Positions 1 through 12,779 of a stretch of DNA of 64,000 bases are shown here, piece after piece. The stretch's first letter is position 1. Each line of letters opens with the position of its first letter. The notes under the pieces were generated by a model, which made no database searches, had not been told where the DNA came from, and worked only from the letters and a program-made list of their open reading frames with translations. This DNA comes from the human T2T-CHM13v2.0 reference genome, Homo sapiens: NCBI RefSeq assembly GCF_009914755.1, contig NC_060935.1. One strand, given 5' to 3'. The position numbers were made by a program, and so were the translations under genes.

Positions 1-284
1 ACATGGAAATTATTTTCAATTTAAATTTACCTTGACAGAGGAGACTACTTCATCTAAACTTCAGAACGTATGTAGATATTGCTTTACTATGATTCTAAAA
101 CCTTAATCTACAAATTAACCAACTAAACCTCATTTCTTTCTCCAAAATATGTCTGCTTCTCTTGGAGTTTATTCTGGATTTATTATTTTTTAATTCTTTT
201 GTAAAGGAGATTTTGCTTCTCATAGGTGAATTTGACTGCCTCAATTTTAAATTTATGCCCTCATTCTCCCTCCTCACTGCCCCT

Positions 285-600
285 ATCCATTCATTATCGT
301 ATTTGACAAGTCTACTGTGTATCAGATACTCTGCTAGGTACAGACTATTCAAAAATGAATGTAACACATAGTCATTATTCTTTAAACAGGATCTGAAGGG
401 GAGACAGAGAAGGACATATCATATTAAAGAAACACAATGTGGTATAAAGTAAATTACTATGAACTATTAAATCAGAGATGGACCCTAACTTTAGCTAGAG
501 AGATCAACAAATCTTCACTGTAAATACAAACTTTGGATGTGATGGGTGGGGTTGTGTGGGTGGCACCTCAGCCAGAAGGAAGAGCAAGTGGAGATGGAGA
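285..600 (-). mobile_element. L2 LINE 3' fragment (old)
   Basis: TCCATTCATT...TACTGTGTATCAGATACTCTGCTAGGTAC...AAATGAAT resembles the antisense L2 3' end; boundaries approximate. Confidence 0.55.
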
Positions 601-1061
601 CCTGCATGTGTCTTTTGCTCTTGCTGTTTGTTCCTCCTGGAATGTTACCCCACCCTCTGCCACTTATGTTCCTTTTCCATTCCTGTCCCCATTCCTAGGC
701 CACCTGTTGAATCCCATTCCTGTTTTATTTGAAGGAATAAAAGGGAATAAGATGAGGACAAAATTAAGTCTTAATGCTTTGATGTGATACATAATCTCAT
801 TTTGATTTTTCTTGCTTCTCCAAATAAATAACTTAACCACTCACTCATATAAACTTAAGTTCTAGATATTCCAGGTTTAACCTCATATTCCCCTTTATGG
901 ATTCTCCTGTGTAAAAGGAAGAGACAAGACTCGGAAATCTGATAGATCTTAGTGTGAATTCTAGAGCAACCATGACAATGCATGTGACCTCGAATGGTTT
1001 TATTGCTCTCAATCCTATTCAGTTGGGATGTCATAAATTTACAATAAGACAACATGCAACT

Positions 1062-1372
1062 GCTGGGTGCGGTGGCTCACACCTGTAATCCCAGCACTTT
1101 GGGAGGACGAGGCGGGTGGGTCACGAAGTCAGGAGATCGAGACTGTCCTGGCTAACACGGTGAAACCCCGTCTCTACTAAAAACAGAATACAAAAAATTA
1201 GCCAGGCATGGTGGTGGGCTCCTGTAGTCCCAGCTACTCAGGAGGCTGAGGCAGGAGAATGGGGTGAAGCCAGGAGGCGGAGCTTTCAGTGAGCGGAGCT
1301 TGCGCCACTGCACTCCAGCCTGGGTGACAGAGTGAGACTCCCTCTCAAAAAAAAAAAAAAAAAAAAAAAAAA
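1062..1372 (+). mobile_element. AluY, full length
   Basis: AluY-type motifs GAGATCGAGAC..CCTGGCTAACACGGTGAAACCCC and GAGAATGG..TGAA; poly(A) tail; TSD AAGACAACATGCAACT (1046-1061) / AAGATGACATGCAACT (1371-1386). Confidence 0.93.
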
Positions 1373-2067
1373 GATGACATGCAACTAATTTATTTAGTAG
1401 GCTAAACATAGGGTGGTTCAATGAGGAAACTATTTTATTTTTCTACCCCCTTCAGACATGCTCTGTTGGACTTCGCTTACTCTAATAATACCTAGCGATG
1501 AATCTACAGCTTTAGATTATTTTAACAAGAGTAATTCCATTTTTGCCATAAACATTCAGTTTCAGGTAGTTATGTTTTTCATGACTTCAATTGTAAACTT
1601 GAAACTTCAGTCTCAAATATATTCCACCTATATTGGGAAGACAGCATGGTTTCTCCTTTTAGTATCCTTTTTTCCTCCATCTCCCCTCTTTCCTCACCCT
1701 TCAAGCTCCTTCAGCGTTAAGGAAGAGAAGAGGAAAGGGATGAAAGTGGTTTCTATTTACCTTGCCCTGTTTGAAGTTCTATTTTGGCTCGTATTATCTG
1801 TCATTTCCTCTGTTTTGGCAAATGTTCAAATGTTCATGTTTTCGTAAGGCACAAATATGTGGTTTGGTTGAATACCCATCATAGATTTTCACACTGGACA
1901 GTTGATAACACAAAGGCATTTTACACCTGGCCTGTTGAATCTTGTCCTAGTAGTTTACCCCGAGGTACTTATTGTACCCTTATACCTTGGGTAGTCTCAA
2001 TAATATGCCTCAAGCTGGTTATCTGCTTATGTCTTATGGAATCTACTTGGCCCAAAGAGACTCCATC

Positions 2068-2446
2068 TGATATGGTTTGGCTCTGTGTCCCCACCCAAAT
2101 CTCATCTCAAACTGTAATTCCCATAACCCCCATGTGTCAAGGGAGGGATGTGGTGGGAGGTGATTGGATTATGGGGATGGTTCCCCCATGCTGTTCTCAT
2201 GATAGTGAGTTCTCATGAGCTCTGATGGATCTGATGGTTTTATAAGTGCTTGAGAGTTCCTCCTGCACACTCACACTCTCTCTCCTGCTGCCTCATGAAG
2301 AAGGTGCCTGCTTTTCCTTCCAACATGATTATAAGTCTCCTGAAGCCTCCTCAGCTATGTGGAACTGTGAGTCAGTTAAACTGTTTTCTTTATAAATTAC
2401 CCGGTTTCATTATTTCTTTATAGCAGTGTGAATATGGACTAATACA
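2068..2446 (+). mobile_element. THE1D-type solo LTR (ERVL-MaLR)
   Basis: Starts TGATATGGTTTGGCTCTGTGTCCCCACCCAAATCTCATC, ends GGACTAATACA; perfect 5-bp TSD CCATC (2063-2067 / 2447-2451). Confidence 0.9.
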
Positions 2447-3132
2447 CCATCTTTTCCAAACATGAACAGGAAAAATTATTCTATTTGCTACTCTTTCCTA
2501 TTGTCTTACACTTTATGGCATCTCTTGTCATCCTCCCACCTTAAGAATTTTCTGATGAAAAGCAAATACTAATCTCAATTCAGGATAAAACTCTAGAGAA
2601 TATATATCCAGGTCCTAAGACATTTCTCCCCACACTATGTTCTCATGAAAACATTGAGCTGAGTCTGTGGGTTTCTCTAGGTCATCAAGCATCCAGCCAT
2701 GGAAGAATATGACATTTTTTTCTTCTTTCAAGCATTCTCGATGTCTGTGAGTTTTTATTTTGGTCCTCTGCATCTCTTGGCTAGTGGCCAGCAGAGAACC
2801 ACCTACCTCTTCTCTCCCACTAGGGAAGAGAGGTGGACATGTTTCCCAGTAGGCTGGCAACTCTTCTCCATCCGACCTTATATGAACTGGATGGGGTGAT
2901 AGGCTGAAGGTTGAAGGGCTGGCGTGGCACTTTCTATGGCACCCAGATAACTCTATTATATCTCCTTGACTGCTGCCTTCAGAATGCTGTGGGACTTATC
3001 TCTCATTGTCTGCAGATGTGTAACTTGAGCCAAAATGCTCATACAACAGGAAAGTCCCATTTTTATACCCAAGCTCATATGTAGATTTTATAGCACAGTA
3101 CCTGGCCCATTAGAGGCTCAGAAATGTTAGTT

Positions 3133-3162
3133 TTGATTGATTGATTAATTGATTGATTGATT
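3133..3162. repeat. (TTGA)n microsatellite, probably an L2 tail
   Basis: TTGATTGATTGATTAATTGATTGATTGATT follows an L2-like TAGCACAGTACCTGGC end. Confidence 0.75.
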
Positions 3163-4567
3163 TTTACTTGCAAAGGTTCATGTGGGCATTTTTGTAATGC
3201 CACTCTTATATAACTTTTTAAAGGGATATTTAAACCTAACACCCATATTCTGGCATTTTTTAAATGAGCAAGAGAGCTAAAAGAGAAAAAAAATTAAATC
3301 TAAATCTTAAGAACTGCTTGGGGGAATAAAGAAAAGTAATACCTTTCTGCCTTGAATATTTTTTCCTTCAGTTCAGAGGACTGTGGGCCTCATTTACACT
3401 TGCCTTTTCCAGAAGTTAACTTGTAGCTCAACTTACCTGCTTTTAGAACAGGTTGATTTATTTTACCTTAGCATACAGCTAGTGCATTTGAAATTGCCGA
3501 TGAAAGGTACTGTCAAATCTCTGGTCTATTTTGATACGATTTGTACTTGTAAGGCAATCTGCCCATTAGTGTAGAAAAAGAGAATTGGGACAGCACCTCA
3601 CAAAACCATCTCTGAAAGCAAGCACGCAGTCCCAGAGTCTACTGGGCAGGAATTTATATTCTTATAGCATTTTGACTCAGCACACAAATGTGGGATGTAT
3701 GGGGGTGTTTGCATTCGGAGCCAGATTGTTTGCCTACACCAGAGGCTGTCCTAAGAGATTTGTTGAATCTGCCTTTGCTTACAGATTGGAATTCAGGAAA
3801 ATTCATTTAAATGCCATATTACAGCATAGGGTTTTTCTACATTTTATCTATGGCTGCTCAGGTAAAATGACCTACCAATGATCATAGTGTATCAAAATGT
3901 ATCCGGTTGTGTGCCAATTAGGTGGAATATAATCTGTCCCTAACCTGCTTTTGTAAATGTATCCCAAAACTGTACTATTAAACCAGAGGCTATTTGTGGA
4001 CCATCATATACAGTAATTTCCTCTTCCATCCATGCTATGAACTCTGCCACTCTACCCCACTATCTTACCTCAAAAGATGCAATTGTATTGGGAAAATACA
4101 AAAATTATAATCTGGAGTAAATTAAGCATGAGTTAAAAATTTTTATTTGTGAGAGATTAAAAATCTTACTTTTTCTGAGCCTTTTTCAAATAACTACATT
4201 TCAAAAAACACCTACAACTCAGTTTGCTATGAGGGAAGTAATGAGGTAATATAAACATAGGGCCTAGAATGTTATTTGGCATTTAATAGGTGATCAGGAT
4301 CTATTAATTCTCTTTTTCCTTTAATGCCAAGATAAGACTTATTTGCTACTCTCATAGTTAGAGCTATCAGTTAGCACTATCAAAAAGAAAAAAAAAATGT
4401 ACTGCAATTGTTCCAGCCTTGGATTTTGGGGAGCCAGCATTACCTTCAACTGGCAGTGCCTCAGGGAGAGGGTAGGAGGCAGCTCTGGTATTGTTTTTAG
4501 CTCCTGTGTAGTCTTATTTTGAGATGTGTAGAAGAAAGCCCCTTCTTTTTGGTCCTTTTTGTGTTAT

Positions 4568-4989
4568 GAATATTGTTCAGGAGGACACAACACAAATGGC
4601 TGCAGTCTTCTTTGCCTCCTCATGGTGAATTTTAAAGATGAAAGTTTCTACTGGGGTTGCTGTCACCTCTGAAGATTTGTAGAAGGAAGGTGTTTTATGA
4701 GCACATAGAGGTTTAGGATTATGGCCATGTTGGCCCCTTTTCTTACCACCTACTTTACTTATGAGCACAGGGAAGGGGAGAGATTATGGATGTTAGAGTC
4801 AGGCAGCTGGGGAAAGACAAACTTGGGGTCTTATCCCAATGACTTCAGGCAAGTTATGCAGCCCATAGCAGGCTTCTTCCAGTTCTTTGAGCAGTCAGAT
4901 TCTTTCCTGCTCTTAGGTCCCTTGTCCCTTCAGTCCTCTCTCATGGAATATTGTTCAGGAGGACACAACACAAATGGCTGCAGTCTTCT
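4568..4989 (+). repeat. Exact 44-bp dispersed direct repeat (4568-4611 and 4946-4989)
   Basis: GAATATTGTTCAGGAGGACACAACACAAATGGCTGCAGTCTTCT occurs twice, offset 378 bp. Confidence 0.95.
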
Positions 4990-5420
4990 GTCTCCCCTCT
5001 TCTCCTGATGGACTACGTCTCTTTCAGGCTCAGCTGAAGATTTACTGTTTCAGAGACATCAGTTTCAGGTTGGTTCCTCTTCCTCCTTTAGTCTTAGCAT
5101 AGCTCTCTGGTTGCTCCCTTCACCAGTCACAATTTGAATTGATATATTTGTTTCTGTACTTGATTGTTGTGCACTCCCCTCCACACCCCTACACTAAGTT
5201 AAGCTCTTCAGAGGTAGAAACTAGGTCTGTCATCTCACTACATTTCACCCCGTGTCCCACATAGTGACATATAAAAGGAGCGCAACAGTATTAAAGCAAT
5301 GAGCAAATGAATTATCTAGCCTCAGTTTCTTCATTTGTAAAGGGTATAATCATAAATATTTGGTTTGTGATTTACATGAGCTAGAAGTGGGAAGGATCTG
5401 GCAGAGTGCCTGACCCAGTA
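4775..5420 (+). mobile_element. MIR split by an L2 3' fragment (L2 ~4865-5312)
   Basis: MIR left part (TGACTTCAGGCAAGTTATG) and right part (GCCTCAGTTTCTTCATTTGTAAA) flank L2 sequence (CACTAAGTTAAGCTCTTCAGAGGTAGAAAC...GCAATGAGCAAATGAA). Confidence 0.6.
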
Positions 5421-5976
5421 CTGATATTTTCATTAAAAATACATAAGCTATGATTTTATTAGAGTCCAACAATTATATAAATTGGGCAAATTTGTTAGCC
5501 CTTCAGCCTCTTATACCTCACCTGTAAAATGAAAGCATTAGGCTATTTCACGGGTCTCCTTTACATATATAATTCCTTGTAAGCATATAAAAACATATCT
5601 ATAGCTAGATATTTAAGCAAAGAAAGCATTGTCTTGTCTTGATTATACAATTAAAAATGTTATACTACAACATGCCCAAATATTTGAGTTATTATATAGC
5701 AAGAATGCAAAACTATTTGTTTTCCACCGGGAAATTTATTATCACCCAAGAGAAAAGGGGAATATTTCACTGGTTGTAATTCTGTGAGGCTTCCTAGCAA
5801 TAAAAAGAGGAGCTGGAAATAACACGATTTCTCTGCTGTGAATAAACATGTATAAAATTCACTGCAAAATTAACAGCTTTTACCATTTATAAAAACTGGG
5901 ATTGCTTCTTCCATATTTCTAGCTTTGCTATTCTGGGGGAGGGGGTTGGGAAGATCCAATCTTCTGATTTTATATA

Positions 5977-6386
5977 TGTCTTATTCCATTTGTGTTGCTA
6001 TAAAGGAATACTTGAGGCTGGGTAATTTATTTTTAAAAAGAGGTTTATTTGGCTCATGATTCTGCAGGGTGTATAAGAAGCCTGGTGCCAGCATCTGTTT
6101 CTGGTGAGGGCTTCAGGGAGCTTCTACTCATGGCGGAAAGTAGAGAGCAGGCGTCACATGGTAAGAGAGAAGAAAGAAATGAAGGAGGAAGGTGCCAGAT
6201 TCTTTTTAACAATAAGATCTGGTGGGAACTAATAGTTTGAGAACTCACTCGGTAATGCACCAATAGCACCAGGCCATTCATAGATCCACCCCCACGATCA
6301 AAATATCTCCCAGTAGGCCCCACTTTCAACACTGGGGATCAGATTTCAACATGAGATTTAGAGGGACAAACGTCCAAACTATATCA
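5977..6386 (-). mobile_element. MSTB-type solo LTR (ERVL-MaLR)
   Basis: TGTCTTATTCCATTTGTGTTGCTATAAAGGAATAC...GAGATTTAGAGGGGACAAACGTCCAAACTATATCA-like ends; TSD ATATA/ACATA. Confidence 0.85.
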
Positions 6387-6734
6387 ACATATTTGATTAA
6401 AATTGCTTGCTCATCTAAGAGGAATTATCAGGAAAGTTCTCCCTTGCCAATGATAACACATCTTTTGTCTCACTACCTGCCAATTACAAGGCAGTGGGGA
6501 AGTATTTCCTCCTGGCTGCCAGGTGACTTGCTATTGCAACAGAACATAATGCACTGCACCGTAGGCAAGGATTGTTTCAAACTGCCAACCTGACCCAGAC
6601 AAGGTGTCTTACCAAGATGTCTTGGGAAAAACGTGTTGCAAGAACGTATAGACTCATTTTCCTCCTTTTGTTTTCTGTCACTCTGTGACTTGCTGCATTT
6701 TGGCTCTATTTTCAACAGTTTATAAATAACACTG

Positions 6735-6980
6735 ATAACAAAAACAATAACTGACATGTACTGAGGGTTTACTTGGGGTACTGTATAAGTACTTTACATG
6801 TTAAATATTGTTATTTACTCCTAATGTTGTAGAAATTATTTTCATCTACCCTTTGCAGGTGAAAAACTGAGGAATAGAGAGGTTAAGTAACTTGTTCTGA
6901 ATGATAACGTTATTAAGTAATAGAGCCAGGGTTTGAGTGCAGGCAGTATGTTAGAAGCCCATACTTTTAACCACTATATT
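6735..6980 (-). mobile_element. MIR SINE
   Basis: Antisense core AAAACTGAGGAATAGAGAGGTTAAGTAACTTG...AGAGCCAGGGTTTGA...CTTTTAACCACTAT. Confidence 0.8.
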
Positions 6981-7008
6981 TATAAATGTCAACCTTGGTA
7001 TGAACACT

Positions 7009-7548
7009 TTCAGTAGGTAGCTTCTAAAATGACCCCCAGTGATCCCTGCCTCCTGGTATTCAAGTCTTGTGTAATTTTCTCCCCTTGTGCAAGGGCTGGA
7101 TCTAATATGTAATGACTTGCTTGTAATACACAGAACACAGAAAAAAAAGGAGAGGTATCACTTCTGAAATCAGGTTATAAAAGTCTATGACTTTTTTCTT
7201 TCTCTCTTCCCTCTGTCCTATAGAGAAGCCCACTTAGCAAGGAACTAAGGGTGGCTTACAGGCAACAGCCATCAGAAAATGAGGTTTTCAGGCCAATATC
7301 TTTTGAAGAACTGAATATTGTCAACAGCTACACAAATATGCATGCCAGTAAATCCTTCTCTACTCAAGCGTTGCAAGGGCTATGGATTTCATCAACACAT
7401 TGAAGCCTTCTAAGAGAACATGAACCAGAGAACCTGAATCCAGTTAAACTGGAACTGGATTCCTGACCCACTGAAACTGTGAAATAATAGATGTTTTAAG
7501 TCACAAAGTTTTGGGATAATTTGTTACACAGTAATGATAAGTGATTTA
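7009..7548 (+). mobile_element. MLT1F-type solo LTR
   Basis: GTAGGTAGCTTCTAAAATGACCCCCAGTGATCCCTGCCTCCTGGTATTCA start; GAAACTGTGAAATAATAGATG...TTTGTTACACAG end; TSD ACACT (7004-7008 / 7549-7553). Confidence 0.8.
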
Positions 7549-7679
7549 ACACTCTAGCAGTTTTATTACTTACCCCTTGGTCTCTCTTTTCCACTTCTTT
7601 CCTTTCTTCTTTTCTCTCTTTCTGTTAAGTTCTCTCTTTCTCTCAGAATTTTTCTTTCCCTCCACCCTTCTTTCCTTTT

Positions 7680-8175
7680 TCTGAATGCTTGTTATGTGTC
7701 AGGCAATATTTTCCACACATTGTCTTATTTAATCTTCATTGTGATGAGGTACACATTGTAATTTTTATTTTACGGATCAGAAAGTAGAGCCTTAGGGAGT
7801 TTATAGAATCTCACTGCTAGCAAATAAAGAATTAATGTTTATACATAGCTCTCTGTGCTCTCTTTTTATACTGTTATATCACTTTCCCCATAAATTATTC
7901 CCTGATTGATATAATCTGTAAACCATAATCCTATAAATAAAACTAATCACTGTCTTGTCTATGACACCTCTTTGAGTATCATATAAAATAATTGCTAGTA
8001 ATAGATAGCACTGTTGAGTGGCTTCAATATGCCATGCACTGTGCCAAGAACTTTATATACATTGTCTTATTTAATTCTCATAACAATGATCTGAAACAGG
8101 TTCTATTTCCATTATTTTGCAAATGAGAATAATTGAGGATCATAGAGGTTAACTCACGTATAGTCACAGAGCTGG
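7680..8175 (-). mobile_element. Two MIR fragments (~7680-7870 and ~7990-8175)
   Basis: TATGTGTCAGGCA...CATTGTCTTATTTAATCTTCA and GCACTGTGCCAAGAACTTTATATACATTGTCTTATTTAATTCTCATAACAA...GAGGTTAA. Confidence 0.65.
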
Positions 8176-8899
8176 AACATTTGTGTTATACTTATTTGCT
8201 TTTATTGTAATTATTTTTGTCTGATTTCCCCAGTGAACTTTTAGCTCCAAGAGGGCTTGCATCTTTACAGACCATAGCACTTAGCACAGAACCTGCCTGT
8301 GTGGGTGCTGAATGAATGTTTTTTGAGCTGAACTGAATTTTGACCTCAAGTCCTCCATTCTGTGCATATCAAATTTATTCAGAGCAATGTAAAATTATTA
8401 TTTTTTACCTTATACATTCAGTATCGGTTTTTTCTTGTTTGGTAATGTGTTGAAAGGAAGAGTTGCATTTAGTCTTAGGAGAAAAGTGAAATATCAAAAA
8501 TCTGATATTATTGACTCCTATAACATCCTAGGCTCACATAACATATAGCCATTCAAATTTTCTTTATTTTTTCAGTCTGTATCTCTTACAAACTTTGCAA
8601 CTAAAAGTGATATCTAGAACTGTGAATTCTGAGATCCTACAGGATTTATAGCTATTTAATAAATACCATAAATGTATTGTTCTTATTCCTAATTGAAGGT
8701 AATATACAGGAATAATTTCTAACCTAGGATTAAAACCATATGATAGACAGAAAAAATAAAATTATGACATAACAGGAAAACTTTTTAATCAAACTCCCAC
8801 ATTTCGGTAAATGGAATAATTAGTATTGCTTATCTTGGAGATTTTTACTGAATTGTTTGTATTGTTTCATAAGAATTTAATTTTTAAATCATGTTAATT

Positions 8900-9130
8900 A
8901 ATTCATCCATTTAGTTAAGAAACATTTAATGAATGCTTATTATGTGCAAGAAACTGTTTTAGTAAACCTTAATACAGAAATGAATGAAGCATAGTTTCTG
9001 TGTCAAGGGTCTCTCAGTATATTGAGGAAGATAGATGTAAATATAAATAGTTGCAGTATCATGTAAGTGCAGAGGTAGGTGCGTATTTTAGAGGCACAGA
9101 TAAGAGAGTTTCTACTCTCCAGTTGGGGTA
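8900..9130 (-). mobile_element. L2 3' fragment
   Basis: ATTCATCCATTTAG..AAACATTTAATGAATGCTTATTATGTGCAAG...GAAATGAATGAAGCATAGTTTCTG. Confidence 0.6.
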
Positions 9131-10599
9131 TATCAAAATAATATGTGGCATATAAAACTTTAAGCTATTCATATGTATTTATATATGCTTCCAAACTCTC
9201 TGGAATTTTCTCTAAATGGGGAAATATAAACATAGAAATTACCAAATAAAGATAGACATATTGGAAAGCTTTGACTCTCCTCTAACAAATTCCTACCAGC
9301 TAATGAGTCACCCAGAAATATGACACATTTAACGTTATATCTCGGTGTGCTAACATTAGCACAAAATCACACCAGGAGTGTGAGTGTGAGAACCGTAGGT
9401 ACCTTTTTACTCTTCAAATGTGTCTCAACTTTGGAGACACCTGTGCTAAATAGCTTTGTGCATATCTGCTGTGATGACTCAAATATTTTATAACGATGTG
9501 GCATTGTACATTGCCAGATTTTCTCTGTTGAGATTCAGGGGGAAACCCAGCACTGTGGTATGGAATATGGAATTTTATGAAGATCAAATAGAATTATTCT
9601 TATCCACAAGGAGCTTCTGATCTAGCAGAATTATGAAATAGTTACTCTTGTTCAGGGTTACACAGATACTACTTTTTAAATGCAGAATCATAACATATTT
9701 TCTGTTAAATTCCTTATGTAGAAAAATGCTCTAATATTTGAAATAACAGTATTATTTATCAAATTAAGCCATAACCCTCATATTGTCTTACAGATCACAA
9801 TTCCTTCTTCTTCTTTGAACATTATATTTGACTATACAACCCTCCATCCCTCCTTGTCACTATCATCTGTCCACTATCTTATTCATTGTCCTCTCTTTGA
9901 AGACATTTATTTGCTGCTTGATGTTCATATTCCAATACTACTATCATCCTAGTTAACTTATATATCTACATGAGGAGCACAGCTAATACTCTGAACTTGA
10001 GAATGGTGTGCTGCTTCTGAAGTGTGCTCTGTCCAAAATGAAACTCATGACCTGTTTCTCTACTTTATCCTTCTCATCAGTTTTCTCCACCTCCATACTG
10101 CAGTCCCTCAAGATGAAGTACTGATGATCTTAGCTTCCTCTCCCTTCCAGTCCCTCTATTCTATTATCATAGAAACCCATCAGTTCATCCTCAAGAGTGT
10201 TTCCCCTTTTCACTATTTCTTTTTCTCTCTTTTTCATAGTTCTTGTCATATAGCTGTATTCTTGCTGGTCTTTCATACCGTAGCCTGTTTCCCCTCAAAT
10301 CTACCCCCGCCAACACCCTTAGATGATCTTCCTGCATCATTGTTTATGTCCATTATTCATTTTTGGCAAAGCACACAATGGACCACTAATTACTATTGTG
10401 TTTCATTCAGCCTGTTTTCCCCTTCAGTGTACTTGTTACCTTTTTTATTATAAATTTTTTGGCCACTCATTTTAGAAAAATTGGAAAATACTGGCATGTT
10501 AAAAAATAGGTAAAAATTCCATATTCACACTTTGTAATGTTTAGTTTCCCCACCAAAAATGTGAAATAAATACATTCCATATTTAAATGTAAACTTATT

Positions 10600-11200
10600 T
10601 TCTATCTCTCTAGAGATTTTTATAGCTTGCTTCATAAAGGTCTTTCATATTTATTCTTTGCAGTGTTTCTGGATTTTTTTTTATAGCTATGCAACTCAAA
10701 ACTTAAAATATTCTCAAACTTATTATTATTGTTTTATATGAAAATGTTGAAATGTGTTAATCTGAAAATATTGTTACTCATCTTTTAATGATTCTAGAAA
10801 TTTTCGTTTATCTTCCTGGAATTTCTGTGCATATAATCTTGCATTATTCAAATAATGGTAAATTTTCTACCCCTTTCGTTTTAACATATTATGAGATAAA
10901 GCTTCAGGAAAATGCCAAATAATAATGGAAATATTCCACATTATTGTCTTGCTCTTGATGTCCATGGGAACAACTCCAGTGTTTCATTATGAAGTATTAT
11001 ATTAGATATTATGGTATTATATTCATAATATTCTTTTCTTAGCTTTCTGAGAGTTTTAACCAGGAACAGCTGTTTAATTTTTATCAAAGGCCTTTTTTTT
11101 TTTGCCATCACTTGAAAAAAACGTGTGTTTTCTCATTTAATTATTTTTGCAATGTAATCTTTAATAAATTTTCTCATGTAAAATGAATGTTTCTTATCTC
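10600..11200 (-). mobile_element. Old L1M (L1ME-like) ORF2 fragment
   Basis: T-rich antisense ORF2-like text: AATAATGG...CATTATTGTCTTGCTCTTGAT...GGGAACAACTCCAGTGTTTCA...TTTTATCAAAGGCCTTTT. Confidence 0.6.
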
Positions 11201-12012
11201 TATCAGCTTGTGGATATGATTTAAAATGTATTATGAATAATTTAAAGGTTGCTGGCTCATTGATCAGGAACTCTGCCCTATTGACAGTTGTAAACCAAAC
11301 ACTACCCTATCCCAAATCTTAGTGATTTTATTGTTTTTATTTCCAGAGAGTATTCAATAGATGTGTTCAGAATTAACGGTATGGTCTTCCACTCTGGCCT
11401 CCTTATTGATGCTGAAATTTCTTGAAGTATGTGTGGCCACCTCTTCTCTCAGCTGGTGGTACCCTTTGTAAGAAAGATAACCTTTGATAAAAGGTGCTTG
11501 CTTTATTATGGATTCATGCCACATATTCCCACAGATTAAAGCCCTGAGGACACCAAATGTCTCTGTGATTGTTTCCAAAGTTTCTGCACTACCAGTTCTA
11601 TGCTGAGTTTCGTAAGGAAATAGGGATTCTTCCTAACTCTTTATCCTTGGGATGCGCAGCAACATTTCTTGGATATTAAAGTATAATAATGTATATTGAG
11701 TCAAATGAATGTCTGGGAGTCATAGATTTTGAGCCTAACAAATTCAGCTAGGTCATTCTGATGTAATTATAATAATATTATTAATGAACAAACTTACTTT
11801 TAGTCAAATTTATCTAGCTGTTTAATCAGATTTTCTATTGAATTAAATAGCTTCTCCCTTCTTTGAGCCTTTTAACCTCTAGTTCTTTCTAACCTGCAGT
11901 TTCCCAGGTCCCATGTCTTCCTACCTAATGATTTTGTCCTTTATTTTCCTAGAGTATGTCCTGAAATATACAGATAGAATTTGTGGAAGTTTAAATTTCT
12001 TTTATTTTCCCT

Positions 12013-12407
12013 TTTAAAAAAATTGACTAATTATAACTATGTGTATTTATGGAGTACAATGTGCTGTTTTGATACATGTATATAATTTGGTATGATTAAA
12101 TCAAGCTACTTAATATATCTATTACCTTGCTTGCCTATCATTTTTTATGGTGAGGGATTTGAAATTTACTTTCTTAGTTATTTTGAAATAGGTTATACAT
12201 TTTATTGACAATGGACACCCTGGTGTGCCATAAATCTCAAATCTATTCCTTTTGTCTATCTAAAACTTTATATCCTTTAATAAGCAGCTTCCCTATTTCC
12301 TTCCTCTTCACTGCCAACCTGCTCTGCACCAAGCCTCTGATAACCATTGTCTACTCTCTACTTCTACAAGTTCAACTTTATTAGATTCTCCATATAAGCA
12401 AGAGCAT
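12013..12407 (-). mobile_element. L1MA (about L1MA7-9) 3' end
   Basis: TATTTATGGAGTACAATGTGCTGTTTTGATACATG...GATTAAATCAAGCTA...CCTCTGATAACCATTGTCTACTCTCTACTTCTA...AGATTCTCCATATAAG. Confidence 0.8.
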
Positions 12408-12420
12408 CTTTTTATATTTT

Positions 12421-12775
12421 TATCATAGTTTGGGCTGTTTCAACAGAATACCATAGACTGGGTGGCTTAATAAACAAGCATTTGTTTTTCACATTTCTGG
12501 AGGTTGGAAGCCTGAGATCAGGGTAAAAGCACGGTTGAGTTCTGATGAGAGCCATCTTCTTGGTTTGAAGATGGCCATGTTTTTTTCTGTATCTTCACAG
12601 GGCAGAAAGAAAGCTGGCTAGCTCTCTGGCCTCCTCTTAGAAGAACAATAATTCCACTCATGAGGGTTCCCCCTTCATGATGTAATTACGTCCGATGACC
12701 CACATTTAAATACCATCACACTGGGGATTAGGTTGCAACATATGAATTTTGGGGTGACACCTTCTGCCTGTAACA
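12421..12775 (-). mobile_element. MLT1A-type solo LTR
   Basis: TAGTTTGGGCTG...AACAGAATACCATAGACTGGGTGGCTTAA...TTCTGGAGGTTGGAAG...AATACCATCACACTGGGGATTAGG..CAACATATGAATTTTGGGG. Confidence 0.85.
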
Positions 12776-12779
12776 ATTC

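Noticed and set aside
11347-11378. EYSIDVFRIN resembling the GABA-A receptor EYTIDVFF motif
   Set aside because: Similarity covers only a few residues, and exon size and flanks do not fit.
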